Notes: generated by a model not told the origin, from the letters alone. A stretch of DNA of 33,008 nucleotides from Pirellulales bacterium (GCA_030642635.1 DAOWNK010000001.1:1-33008), one strand, 5' to 3'. Positions 15,676 through 24,282 are shown, counted from the stretch's first letter. A program made the numbers and translations.

Positions 15676-16584
15676 ATGGCAACGCTTATGTCCACTGCCG
15701 AAAAATATCTCAAGCCGGAAGTAATCAACCAAATCAAACGGCTTGACCTTCGCGCACAGTTCATCGTGAAGGGGTTTTTGCAAGGCTTGCACGCCAGCCC
15801 GTTTCATGGGTTCTCGGTCGAGTTCAGCGAGCATCGCAAATACACGCCCGGCGACGATCCGAAAGATATCGACTGGCTGGTCTACGCCAAGACCGACAAA
15901 TACTACATAAAAAAATTCGAGGCCGAGACGACCATCACCGGATACCTTGCGATGGACTTGAGCCGTTCGATGGGCTATACGTATCGGCAGGAGCTGACGA
16001 AGTTCGACTACTCGATTTGCCTGGCAGCCGCGCTGTGCTACCTGATGATCCACCAGCAAGACCCGGTCGGGCTGCTGACGTTCGACCGGAAGATACGCAA
16101 CAGCCTCGCGCCGAAGTCGCGGCGGAAACAACTCGGCGACGTGCTGTCGCTTCTGGCCAAGTTGCGTCCGCAGGGCGAAACCGACATCGCCAACAGCCTG
16201 GTGCAACTGTCGGCTATGCTGCGACACGCCAGCCTGATAATGATCTTCTCCGATCTGCTGGCCGAGCCGGAGCCGGTGCTCGATGCGTTGTACCGTTTGC
16301 GACACGCCGGCCACGACATAATTCTGTTCCACGTACTAGACGAGGCGGAGGTGGAGTTCCCGTTCGGCGGCATGGTGGAATTGGAGGATCCGGAAAACAA
16401 CCAGCGGCTTACCCTGGACGCCGACGGATTCCGCAGCGACTACCTGGCCGAGATCGGACGGTTCCGCGAGACCTATCGCCGCGAGTGTTTTCAGGCCGGC
16501 ATCGACTACGTACCGCTGGACACCAGTATGCAGTTCGACAAGGCGTTGACGGAGTACTTGGCCCGGCGTTCGTCGCGTGGGTAA
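15676..16584 (+). CDS. DUF58 domain protein (MoxR-associated, vWA-like)
   Basis: 'GLHASPFHGFSVEFSEHRKYTPGDDPKDIDW' is the hallmark DUF58 motif. Confidence 0.85.
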   Translation: MATLMSTAEKYLKPEVINQIKRLDLRAQFIVKGFLQGLHASPFHGFSVEFSEHRKYTPGDDPKDIDWLVYAKTDKYYIKKFEAETTITGYLAMDLSRSMGYTYRQELTKFDYSICLAAALCYLMIHQQDPVGLLTFDRKIRNSLAPKSRRKQLGDVLSLLAKLRPQGETDIANSLVQLSAMLRHASLIMIFSDLLAEPEPVLDALYRLRHAGHDIILFHVLDEAEVEFPFGGMVELEDPENNQRLTLDADGFRSDYLAEIGRFRETYRRECFQAGIDYVPLDTSMQFDKALTEYLARRSSRG

Positions 16585-16604
16585 TATGAGAAAAAAGTTA
16601 AACG

Positions 16605-18731
16605 ATGACGTTCGTAAACTTCTCACTGCTGGCCGGAACTGCACTGGTCGCGTTGCCGATCGTGTTGCACCTGATTATGCGCCGCCGACCGCGGCTGATG
16701 GAGTTCCCGGCGCTTAGGTTTGTCAAGAATCAACACGATGCGAACCGGCGCAGGATGCGGCTGCGGCACCTGCTGCTGCTGTTACTGCGATGTTGTGCGA
16801 TCGCGTTGCTGGCGGCGGCGCTTGCCAGGCCCAGCATGAAGCTCGGCGGAGTGCTTGGAAGCCAAGAAGCGCCGGTTGCGGCGGCGATGGTATTCGACGC
16901 GGCGCCGCGCATGGAATATCGCCACAACAACGAAACCCGGCTTCAGGCGGCACAAAAGCTGGGCAAGTGGCTCATTGCCCAGCTTCCACCTCATAGCGAT
17001 ATCGCCGTGCTGGACACCCGGCTTGCCGCCGCCACCGCGTTCCAGGTAGATCGCTCGGCGGCCGCCGAACGTATCAAGCGGCTGCTGCCGGTGGCCAATT
17101 CACAGCCGCTTACGGTGGCCCTGGAAGGCGCACTCCGACTGCTCGACCAGAGCAACCTTGCCCGAAAGGAGGTCTACGTCTTTACCGACCTTGCCCGGGC
17201 TGCATGGCCGGTCGGCTCGGCCGACGCATTGCGAGACCTGTTGGCCGCCGTGCCGGGCGCAGGAATTTACTTAATCGACGTGGGTGTGGAGGATCCGACC
17301 AACTACGCCCTGGGCGAGTTGCGGCTTTCCGGAGGGGTGCTCTCCAAGGGCAGCCCGCTGTCGGTCGCCACGGAGCTTCACCGCACCGGGCCGGAGGGCA
17401 CGCGTACGGTCGAGATGTATCTGCAAGACGACAAGGGAACCGAGCAGAAGCGCAGCGAGGACAGCTACACGCTCGGCCCGGGCGAATCGCGGCAGGTCGA
17501 TTTCCGCATCGGCTCGCTTGGGATCGGCGTACACCAGGGTTTTGTGCGGATCGTCGGCGCCGACGGCCTTGAGGCGGACGACGTGCGGTATTTTACGGTT
17601 GATGTCCGGCAGGCATGGCGAGTCTTGGTCGCAGCGCCGAAGCCGGCCCAGCGCCACGCGTTGTTCCTGACCGAAGCGTTGGCGCCGGCGGGATTTCGCC
17701 GGCGTGGCCAGGCACGGTTCGATTGTAGTATCATCAAACTGGACGAACTGCCGGACAGATCGCTCGCCGGTTATTCGGCTGTGTGTTTGTTGAACCCAAC
17801 GCCGCTTAGAGCGGCTGTGTGGCGGAAGCTGGGCGACTTCGCCTCCGACGGCGGTGGTGTGGCGATCTTCCTGGGCCGCAATGCCGCAAAGATCAAATCG
17901 TTCAACTCGCCGCAGGCACAGGAATTGCTGCCCGGTAAACTCTTACGTCAGGCACGCCGCCCGTCCGGCGATCTGTACCTGGCCCCGCGCGATTATCAGC
18001 ACACGGTCCTATCTGCGTTTCGCTCGGTCGGCAGCGAGGTGCCCTGGTTGGGTTTTCCCGTGTTTCGATACTGGGAACTGGAAAAACCCACCGGCACGAT
18101 TGTCTCGTTCAGCGACGGTCGGCCGGCGATGTTGGAGCGGTCGCTGGGCGCCGGACGAGTGCTGACGATGACCACGCCGATATCCGACGATGTGAACCGC
18201 AAGCCGTGGAACCTGCTGCCGGCCGGCGAGTCGTGGCCGTTTGTCATATTGGTCAACCAAATGATGTCGTACCTGGTCGGCAGCAGCGACGAGCAGTTGA
18301 ACTATTTCGCCGGGCAGACGGCCGTGTTGAAACTCGATGCAGACAGTCAACGTCGCAACTATTTACTAAGCACCCCGGACGGGCTGAAGTTCCCGCTCTC
18401 GGCCGATCTGAAGCGGCACGTGTTGGTGATAACTTCGACCGACCGGGCGGGCAACTACCGAGTTCAGGCCGGTGGACGCGCCTCGGGCGTAGACCGCGGG
18501 TTTAGTGTGAATCTCGCACCCGAGCAGACCGAAATGCAGCGCACCGACAAGACAGAATTGGCAAAGGTGCTCGGGCAGTCGAGCTACCGTATCGCTCGAA
18601 CACGCAGCCAGCTCGAACGCGACGTGAGCACGGGCCGGGTCGGACGAGAGCTGTTCGGAATGTTGATCCTTATGGTCGCCATGATATTGGCATTGGAACA
18701 CGTTGTAGCGAACCAATTTTACAAGAAATAA
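16605..18731 (+). CDS. BatA-N-terminal-domain membrane protein (aerotolerance-operon-like, TIGR02226-type double TM anchor)
   Basis: 'FVNFSLLAGTALVALPIVLHLIMRRRPRLMEFPALRF' N-terminus, a large extracytoplasmic region, and a C-terminal TM ending 'LEHVVANQFYKK'. Confidence 0.75.
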   Translation: MTFVNFSLLAGTALVALPIVLHLIMRRRPRLMEFPALRFVKNQHDANRRRMRLRHLLLLLLRCCAIALLAAALARPSMKLGGVLGSQEAPVAAAMVFDAAPRMEYRHNNETRLQAAQKLGKWLIAQLPPHSDIAVLDTRLAAATAFQVDRSAAAERIKRLLPVANSQPLTVALEGALRLLDQSNLARKEVYVFTDLARAAWPVGSADALRDLLAAVPGAGIYLIDVGVEDPTNYALGELRLSGGVLSKGSPLSVATELHRTGPEGTRTVEMYLQDDKGTEQKRSEDSYTLGPGESRQVDFRIGSLGIGVHQGFVRIVGADGLEADDVRYFTVDVRQAWRVLVAAPKPAQRHALFLTEALAPAGFRRRGQARFDCSIIKLDELPDRSLAGYSAVCLLNPTPLRAAVWRKLGDFASDGGGVAIFLGRNAAKIKSFNSPQAQELLPGKLLRQARRPSGDLYLAPRDYQHTVLSAFRSVGSEVPWLGFPVFRYWELEKPTGTIVSFSDGRPAMLERSLGAGRVLTMTTPISDDVNRKPWNLLPAGESWPFVILVNQMMSYLVGSSDEQLNYFAGQTAVLKLDADSQRRNYLLSTPDGLKFPLSADLKRHVLVITSTDRAGNYRVQAGGRASGVDRGFSVNLAPEQTEMQRTDKTELAKVLGQSSYRIARTRSQLERDVSTGRVGRELFGMLILMVAMILALEHVVANQFYKK

Positions 18732-18742
18732 TTAGGAAAGTC

Positions 18743-18827
18743 GGGTGCCATGCCCACGCTTGTGTGGGCATGTTCGGAAACACTGGGAAAAGCGGGACAT
18801 GCCCACGCAAGCGTGGGCATGGCACCC
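18743..18827. repeat. REPIN-like inverted doublet of the RAYT-associated REP
   Basis: 18743-18772 and 18798-18827 each match the RAYT-flanking REP with a single 1-nt deletion. They are in head-to-head orientation with a 25-nt spacer. Confidence 0.85.
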
Positions 18828-18858
18828 ATCATCAATCACTTTCCGCAACAGGAAATAA

Positions 18859-18878
18859 TAGCCGCTTGCGGCTTAGCA
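18859..18878 (+). repeat. TAGCCG-CTTG-CGGCTTAGCA hairpin, ending 4 nt upstream of the next start codon
   Basis: Same family as 7979, 24203, 32486 and 32538. Confidence 0.65.
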
Positions 18879-18882
18879 CATA

Positions 18883-21138
18883 ATGACCCGATTTTCATTT
18901 TACCCGGTCTGCAACAGTTACCTGCTGGTAGTTGCCGCTGCGCTGGTGTTGCTGGGATTATTGCTGCTTGTGCCCGGGCGAGGACAAATCGGCAGAAAAC
19001 GCCTGGCGGTGCTCTGCACGCTCAGGATCGGTGTGGTAGTGCTGATTATCTTGGCCATGCTCCGGCCGACGCTCGTCTACACCGAGCGGAACAGGCAATC
19101 GGCAACGCTCATTGTGCTGACCGACCAGTCTCGCAGCATGTCGGTGCCCGACGCGGTGGCCGGCCGAACCCGCTGGGAGTCGCTGCGTCATGCGGTCGCC
19201 GCGGCGGGCGAAGCGTTTGACAATCTGGCCGAGCAGTTCGAGTTGAAGGTGTATACGTTCGACTCCCAGATACATCCCACCCGGCTCGACGGCGGGAAGA
19301 TTCAACTGCCGGAGCAACCGGAAGGCCGTCAGACCGCCATCGGCTTTGCACTGGAAGAGGTGCTGCGGCGCCAGGCCGGCAAACGACTGTTGGGCGTGAT
19401 ACTGTTAAGCGACGGTGCACAACGTGCCTACGCCCCACGCGATCTGCCGCCGCAGACGGCCGCCGGGAGGCTGAAACACCTCGGCTGTCCGCTGTTCACG
19501 TTTCCGATTGGTCAATCTCGCGGGCTGGGCCAGGCAAAGGACGTTGCGGTTAAGGAACTGCTGGCGGCGCGGGGCGTATTCGTCAAAAACAACTTGACCG
19601 TTGCCGGACAGGTCCGCGTCGACGGGTTTGTCAACCGCGAGATTCCAGTGCGTATGCTGTTTGAAACCTCGCCCGGCAAAATGGAACAGGTCGATCAGCA
19701 AACGCTCAGCGTAACGGCCGACGACCAACTACTGCCGATCAGCCTCAGCTACGCACCGCAGACACCCGGCCAGTATAAGCTAACGCTCGAGGCGGTCGAG
19801 CAGCCCGGCGAACTGGTCACCACGAACAACTCTCTTAGCACGTTCGTCGAGGTGCTAGGCGGCGGGCTGAACGTGCTGTACCTGGAAGGTGCGTTGCGAG
19901 TGGAGCAGAAGTTCATCCGCCGCGAGCTTGACGCCTCGCCGGATATCCACGTCGATTACATCCGGCTGGACCCTGCCCGGCCCGAGACCAGGCCGGGCGA
20001 TTTTGCCGAACGATTCAAGCCTGGCCGGTACGAGGTGTATATACTCGGCGACCTGGACTCGACCGCTTTTAGCGGCGATGAGCTAAAAAACCTTGCTGAA
20101 GCTGTAAATCGGGGCGCGGGGCTGATGATGCTCGGCGGGTTCCACAGTTTCGGCCCCGGCGGATACGCCGCCACGCCGCTGGCCGACGTGCTGCCGGTCG
20201 AGATGAACCGGTTCGAGCGTCAGCCGCCCGGCGAGCCGATCCGCAAAGACCTGCACCACGACGGTCCGCTGAGTATGCGTCCCACACAGTTCGGGCTGAT
20301 GCACTTTGCGTTGATGTTGGCCGGCTCTCGAGAAGAGAACCTTGCGATGTGGTCTGCCCTGCCGCCGCTTGAGGGCGCCAACCGGTTCCGCGGCATCTCG
20401 CCCGGTGCGATCGTGCTGGCCACCGCCGGCAGTAATGTGCCGCTGCTAGTGGCCGGCAACTACGGCAACGGTCGGGTAATGGCGCTGGCCGTCGACTCGA
20501 CCTGGCGCTGGCCGATGCGCGGGCATGAATCCGCCCACAAGCGGTTCTGGCGACAGGTGATCTTGTGGCTGGCCCGCAAGGACCAGTCGGCCGAGGGCGC
20601 GGTTTGGGTACACGTGCCCAAGCGACGCTTCGCACCGATGGAGCGGGTGGAGTTTACCACAGGCGCCCGGTCGGCCGACGGCACCCCGGTGGCCGACGCC
20701 CAATACAAAGCCGAGGCGGTGCTGCCGGACGGCACACGCCGACCGCTGCGGCTGGCGCTTCAGGGCGATCGGATGGCCGGCTCTTTGCGCAATACGCACT
20801 CGGCCGGCGATTACGCTATCGAGGTGACGGCCACGCGTAACGGCGAGGCACTCGGCTCCGCCCGGGCACGGTTCCTCGTCTTCCAGCAAGACCTCGAACT
20901 GGACAACGCGGCGGCCGACACCGCTTCGCTGGAGGGCCTTGCCGCAATGACCGGCGGAGAGTCGTTCGCGGCCGAACGGCTCGAAGAACTTGTCAATCAA
21001 CTCGCCACGCAAACCGAGCACCTCGAGATCGAGCAGGAGACCAAACAAACGTTCTACGACACGTGGCCGTTGTTTTTGCTGGTAGTCGGGCTGTTGGGTG
21101 TTGAGTGGTTTTTGCGCAAGCGCTGGGGGTTGGTATAG
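18883..21138 (+). CDS. Membrane protein with vWA-like (DxSxS) and GATase1-like/DUF1355-like regions, Bat-cluster member
   Basis: N-terminal TMs. 'LIVLTDQSRSMSVPD' is a MIDAS-like DxSxS motif. 'GAGLMMLGGFHSFGPGGY' looks like a class-I amidotransferase-like fold region. There is a C-terminal TM 'WPLFLLVVGLLGVEWFLRKR'. Confidence 0.65.
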   Translation: MTRFSFYPVCNSYLLVVAAALVLLGLLLLVPGRGQIGRKRLAVLCTLRIGVVVLIILAMLRPTLVYTERNRQSATLIVLTDQSRSMSVPDAVAGRTRWESLRHAVAAAGEAFDNLAEQFELKVYTFDSQIHPTRLDGGKIQLPEQPEGRQTAIGFALEEVLRRQAGKRLLGVILLSDGAQRAYAPRDLPPQTAAGRLKHLGCPLFTFPIGQSRGLGQAKDVAVKELLAARGVFVKNNLTVAGQVRVDGFVNREIPVRMLFETSPGKMEQVDQQTLSVTADDQLLPISLSYAPQTPGQYKLTLEAVEQPGELVTTNNSLSTFVEVLGGGLNVLYLEGALRVEQKFIRRELDASPDIHVDYIRLDPARPETRPGDFAERFKPGRYEVYILGDLDSTAFSGDELKNLAEAVNRGAGLMMLGGFHSFGPGGYAATPLADVLPVEMNRFERQPPGEPIRKDLHHDGPLSMRPTQFGLMHFALMLAGSREENLAMWSALPPLEGANRFRGISPGAIVLATAGSNVPLLVAGNYGNGRVMALAVDSTWRWPMRGHESAHKRFWRQVILWLARKDQSAEGAVWVHVPKRRFAPMERVEFTTGARSADGTPVADAQYKAEAVLPDGTRRPLRLALQGDRMAGSLRNTHSAGDYAIEVTATRNGEALGSARARFLVFQQDLELDNAAADTASLEGLAAMTGGESFAAERLEELVNQLATQTEHLEIEQETKQTFYDTWPLFLLVVGLLGVEWFLRKRWGLV

Positions 21139-21177
21139 GGTGATAGGGATTAGGGATTGGGGATTAGGGATTAGTGA
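21136..21177 (+). repeat. Telomere-like G-tract array TAGGGTGATAGGGATTAGGGATTGGGGATTAGGGATTAGTGA
   Basis: It starts on the TAG stop (21136-21138) of the preceding gene and contains five G3-4 runs at about 7-nt period (the unit is ATTAGGG-like). Confidence 0.85.
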
Positions 21178-21231
21178 CCGAAATTCAATCTGCTTTTGTG
21201 TATTGATAGCCGAGGGCGGGAGCCCGCGGAT

Positions 21232-21494
21232 TCGCCGCACGCTGCTGCCGGCGTGCGATCGGTGCGGTTAAGCCGTTACAATAACATTGACATTTTTCTG
21301 CGCGGATCGTAGGACGACAATGGCCGGCCAGTCGCCGTGGGTCCGTGAGATGCGAGAGAAGTTTGGTTGCAGGAAGCGGTAATTTGCTTAATTTGAATCG
21401 CCATTAAGCAAAGCATTTAAGGCGAAAGGAGCATTACGAGTCGCAGAAATTTCCACTGTATCGTGAAGCTAAGCGGGAAGGGGTGCTGGTGTGA
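21232..21494 (+). pseudogene. Possible nucleotidyltransferase (MNT) antitoxin remnant
   Basis: One frame reads '..GVRSVRLSRYNNIDIFLRGS*', a degraded version of the GS..SDIDL motif region. Another frame ends '..FPLYREAKREGVLV*', and its TGA overlaps the GTG of the HEPN fragment (GTGA at 21491-21494). There are stops and frame changes in between. Confidence 0.3.
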
Positions 21495-21603
21495 ACGAAC
21501 CGGCCGACGGTTTTTGGAATCGAGCAAAGAAGGCGCTGGCAGTCGCTCGATCTATCCTGCCGCTCGATCCCGACACTGCCGCATCTAGGGCATACTACTC
21601 GGC
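21491..21603 (+). pseudogene. HEPN-domain toxin N-terminal fragment
   Basis: 'NEPADGFWNRAKKALAVARSILPLDPDTAASRAYYSA' matches the first helix pair of MNT-partnered HEPN proteins (..A...L..A..LL......A.SRAYYA.FHAA). Similarity ends at about 21600, where the convergent AbrB-type gene ends. Confidence 0.45.
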
Positions 21604-21822
21604 CAATCTCTTCAGTACGCGACCGTACTTGCGGTTGGTCTTTTCCATAGCCGCCTTGAATTTGGCCTTCCGCTTGGCGTCTCGAACCGGCGAGATGATC
21701 AACACCTGCCCGTCGGTGGAAATATCCAGAGGTGTTTCCGGGCTGATATTCAACAGTTCAAGCACCGGCTTGTCGATCACTAAAGCCATGCTGTTGCCGT
21801 GTTTGGTCAGGTTTTTGATCAT
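21595..21822 (-). CDS. AbrB/MazE/SpoVT-family antitoxin (type usually paired with Doc/Fic-like toxins), no toxin gene adjacent
   Basis: 'MIKNLTKHGNSMALVIDKPVLELLNISPETPLDISTDGQVLIISP' is a swapped-hairpin SpoVT/AbrB sequence. I start at ATG 21822, because the predicted promoter leaves no leader upstream of the first in-frame ATG at 21852. Confidence 0.75.
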   Translation of the reverse strand: MIKNLTKHGNSMALVIDKPVLELLNISPETPLDISTDGQVLIISPVRDAKRKAKFKAAMEKTNRKYGRVLKRLAE

Positions 21823-21858
21823 TTTGTGATTCCCATGATGGTAACACATCATATATAC

Positions 21859-21887
21859 ATTGTATCACCGTCGGCCGTGCTTGTCAA
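21859..21887 (-). promoter_or_regulatory. Consensus sigma70-type promoter TTGACA-17 nt-TACAAT for the AbrB-type gene
   Basis: On the minus strand, TTGACA is at 21887-21882 and TACAAT at 21864-21859, with an exact 17-nt spacer. Confidence 0.5.
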
Positions 21888-22005
21888 CAAGGAAAAGTCA
21901 GTCAGCCCGTTGTGTCAGGCACAGCCTGACCTACTGGACTCGCCACCACGCAGGTGAACTGCGTGGGAGCGATTCGATGCGCCGGTCCCTGGCTCCGGAA
22001 ACGCA

Positions 22006-22030
22006 CGCCGCGAGGACGCGGCGGCTAAAC
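22006..22030 (-). repeat. GTTTAGC-CGCCGCG-TCCT-CGCGGCG hairpin downstream of recG
   Basis: Same architecture as 14077-14101. Two further hairpins lie nearby (GTCAGGC-ACA-GCCTGAC around 21918-21934 and CCACGCAG-GTGAA-CTGCGTGG around 21946-21966; coordinates approximate). Confidence 0.6.
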
Positions 22031-22100
22031 GGTATTACCGTGTTCCCCCTTCCCATGAGTTTTGGGACCACTGGGCTGAAATGTTACGAAAATTTTACTT

Positions 22101-24200
22101 TTACCCCACATCACCAAGCTCTAACGCCTTGCCGTAGCGGACCATCATCATGCGCCGCAGCCTGGCGTGATCGGGTTTTGACAGCCCGGGGTCGGCGATT
22201 ACCAACGTTTGCGCGTCGCGGCGGGCCTCGTTCAGCAATTCCGTATCACGCCTAAGATCGGCGATCATAAGCGGCGGCAAGCCGTGCTGCCGGGTGCCGA
22301 ACAGATCGCCGGGGCCGCGCAGCGCAAAGTCGGTCTCCGCCAACTCGAACCCGTCGGTGGTAGACGTGAACGCACGGAGCCGCTCGGCCGATTCCTCGCC
22401 GGTCGCTTCGGCAAACACGCAGCAGAAACCCGGAAAACTGCCGCGGCTGATCCGGCCTCGCAACTGGTGCAACTGGGCAAGGCCGAACCAATGGCCGTCC
22501 TCGATCGTCATAAGCGTGGCGTTGGGAACGTCCAGGCCCACCTCGACTACCGACGTGCAGACCAGCACTTGAATCTCGCCGCAGCGGAACTCGTCCATCA
22601 CGGCGTCCTTTTCCTCTGTGCTCATCCGGCCGTGGATCAGGCCCAGGCGAAATGCCTCAAGTTCGCCGTTGGCCAACGATTCGTAAGTCTCCTCCAGGTT
22701 GGCCGCCGCCGAGTGGTCAGACTCCTCGACCAGCGGCGTGACTACGTAACCTTGTCGGCCTTCGGTGAGCTTTTTGCGGAAGAACTCCCACCACTGCCCG
22801 CGCTTGTCCTCGCCGGCAAGATAGGTGTTTACCTTTTGCCGGCCCGGCGGACTGTCTCGCAAGGTCGAGATGTCCAGGTCGCCGAACAGCGTCATGGTAA
22901 CCGTCCGTGGTATGGGCGTTGCGGTCATTACCAGGTAGTGCGGATACGGCCCGGCCTGTTTGAGCGTTGCACGCTGTCGCACCCCGAACTTGTGCTGCTC
23001 GTCGATCACTACCAGGCCGAGTTTTGCAAACGACACGTCGTCTTGGATGATCGCCTGGGTGCCGACGACCAGATCGACCTGTCCGGCGGCAATTTGTTCG
23101 AGGACCGCGCTGCGCTGTTTCGGCGGGAGTCCACCGGTAAGCTGCGCACGGCGCACCTTGCCGGCGGCCAGCAGCTTTTCGAGCGTTTGGGCGTGCTGCC
23201 GGGCAAGCACCTCGGTAGGGGCCATCATCGCCGCCTGGTAGCCGTGTGCGACCGCCAGGAGCATCGCATAGACCGCCACCACCGTCTTGCCGCTGCCCAC
23301 GTCGCCTTGCAGCAGACGGTTCATCGGCATCGGGCCGCCCATGTCTGCGGCGATCTCGTCGATCGCCTGCTGCTGGCCGGCGGTCAACTCGAACGGGAAC
23401 AGCCGTCGTATTCGGGCGTCGATCAGTGCAGTGGCCTCCAACACCGGTGCGCGGTGCTCGTCGTGTTGCCGATGTCGCTTTACGGCCAAGGCGAGCTGCA
23501 ATATGAAAAGCTCCTGATAAACCAGCCGCCGCCTCGCCTTTTCAAGGCTCTCGTGATCGCTTGGGAAATGCACCTCCGGCAGCGCGCGACGCAGCGGCCA
23601 GAGGTCGTGTGCCTCAAGATATTCTGCCGGAAAGACCTCCTCCAGCAGATCGGTGTACGTCTCGAGTGCGGCGCGGACGATTTTACGCATCTGCCACTGT
23701 TGCAATCCCTCGGTGAGTGGATAAACCGGCAGGATTTCGCCGGTCGGTTCCTGTTCGTCTTCGGCGAGTGTTTCCACTCGCGGGTGCGCCATCTGCCAGA
23801 CCAGCCCCTCGTATTTCGGCTTGCCCGAGAGCATCACTCGCTGGCCGTTGCTGAACTTTTCTCGCATGAACGGCTGGTTGAACCACACCGCACGGACGTG
23901 TCCGGTTCGGCATCGCACGAGCACGCCCAAGATGCAGCGGCCCGGGCCGGTCGTGCGCAGGTCGATTTCCTCGACCACACCGCAGACGCTTTGCAGGGAG
24001 CCTTCTTCCAGGTCGGTCACTTCGCGCCGGTCGGTCATGTCCTGATAATCGCGAGGGAAGAAGAACAGCACCTCGCCGGCGGTGCTAAGTCCGAGCCGTC
24101 CAACGACTTCCGTCCGATGCGGCCCGACCCCTTTGAGGAATTGCACCGGCGTGGCGAGCACTTCGGCGGACGATTTTTCGCGTGAATCCATGCCGACCAT
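22101..24200 (-). CDS. recG: ATP-dependent DNA helicase RecG
   Basis: N-terminal wedge/OB region, Walker A 'GDVGSGKTVVA', 'DEQHKFGV', and C-terminal 'RGRISRG' / 'LRGPGDLFGTRQHG'. Confidence 0.95.
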   Translation of the reverse strand: MVGMDSREKSSAEVLATPVQFLKGVGPHRTEVVGRLGLSTAGEVLFFFPRDYQDMTDRREVTDLEEGSLQSVCGVVEEIDLRTTGPGRCILGVLVRCRTGHVRAVWFNQPFMREKFSNGQRVMLSGKPKYEGLVWQMAHPRVETLAEDEQEPTGEILPVYPLTEGLQQWQMRKIVRAALETYTDLLEEVFPAEYLEAHDLWPLRRALPEVHFPSDHESLEKARRRLVYQELFILQLALAVKRHRQHDEHRAPVLEATALIDARIRRLFPFELTAGQQQAIDEIAADMGGPMPMNRLLQGDVGSGKTVVAVYAMLLAVAHGYQAAMMAPTEVLARQHAQTLEKLLAAGKVRRAQLTGGLPPKQRSAVLEQIAAGQVDLVVGTQAIIQDDVSFAKLGLVVIDEQHKFGVRQRATLKQAGPYPHYLVMTATPIPRTVTMTLFGDLDISTLRDSPPGRQKVNTYLAGEDKRGQWWEFFRKKLTEGRQGYVVTPLVEESDHSAAANLEETYESLANGELEAFRLGLIHGRMSTEEKDAVMDEFRCGEIQVLVCTSVVEVGLDVPNATLMTIEDGHWFGLAQLHQLRGRISRGSFPGFCCVFAEATGEESAERLRAFTSTTDGFELAETDFALRGPGDLFGTRQHGLPPLMIADLRRDTELLNEARRDAQTLVIADPGLSKPDHARLRRMMMVRYGKALELGDVG

Positions 24201-24202
24201 TG

Positions 24203-24222
24203 TAGCCGCTTGCGGCCTAGCA
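24203..24222 (+). repeat. TAGCCG-CTTG-CGGCCTAGCA hairpin abutting the recG start
   Basis: CTTG-tetraloop family copy, 2 nt from the annotated recG ATG (24200). This suggests the internal ATG at 24191 may be the real start. Confidence 0.6.
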
Positions 24223-24246
24223 TGAAAGAAGTAAGCGGATGCTGAT

Positions 24247-24271
24247 GTTTAGCGGCCGCCGGTACGGCGGC
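24247..24271 (+). repeat. GTTTAGC GGCCGCCG-GTA-CGGCGGC hairpin
   Basis: Differs by one base from the first 25 nt of 3108-3133. Confidence 0.7.
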
Positions 24272-24282
24272 TTGGCCGCCCG

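Noticed and set aside
21136-21177. True telomere or linear-replicon end
   Set aside because: The TTAGGG-like array is about 40 nt long, internal, and flanked by ordinary genes on both sides.
21384-21411. Hairpin TTGCTTAAT-N10-ATTAAGCAA as a regulatory element or sRNA
   Set aside because: It is a single AT-rich 9-bp stem inside the presumed MNT pseudogene, with no flanking promoter or terminator signals.
21604-21829. Remainder of ORF 21491-21829 (+)
   Set aside because: Only the first ~37 codons look HEPN-like. The rest is simply the antisense of the AbrB-type gene.
22209-24185. 658-aa ORF on the plus strand, and similar long ORFs at 6171-7325(-), 9263-10306(-), 3191-4447(-), 11329-12591(+), 25449-26636(+), 8398-9324(-), 7319-8107(-) and 20446-21240(-)
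   Set aside because: All lie antisense to, or out of frame with, genes that have clear family signatures. Their products are Arg/Pro/Gly-rich low-complexity sequence, typical of shadow ORFs in high-GC DNA.
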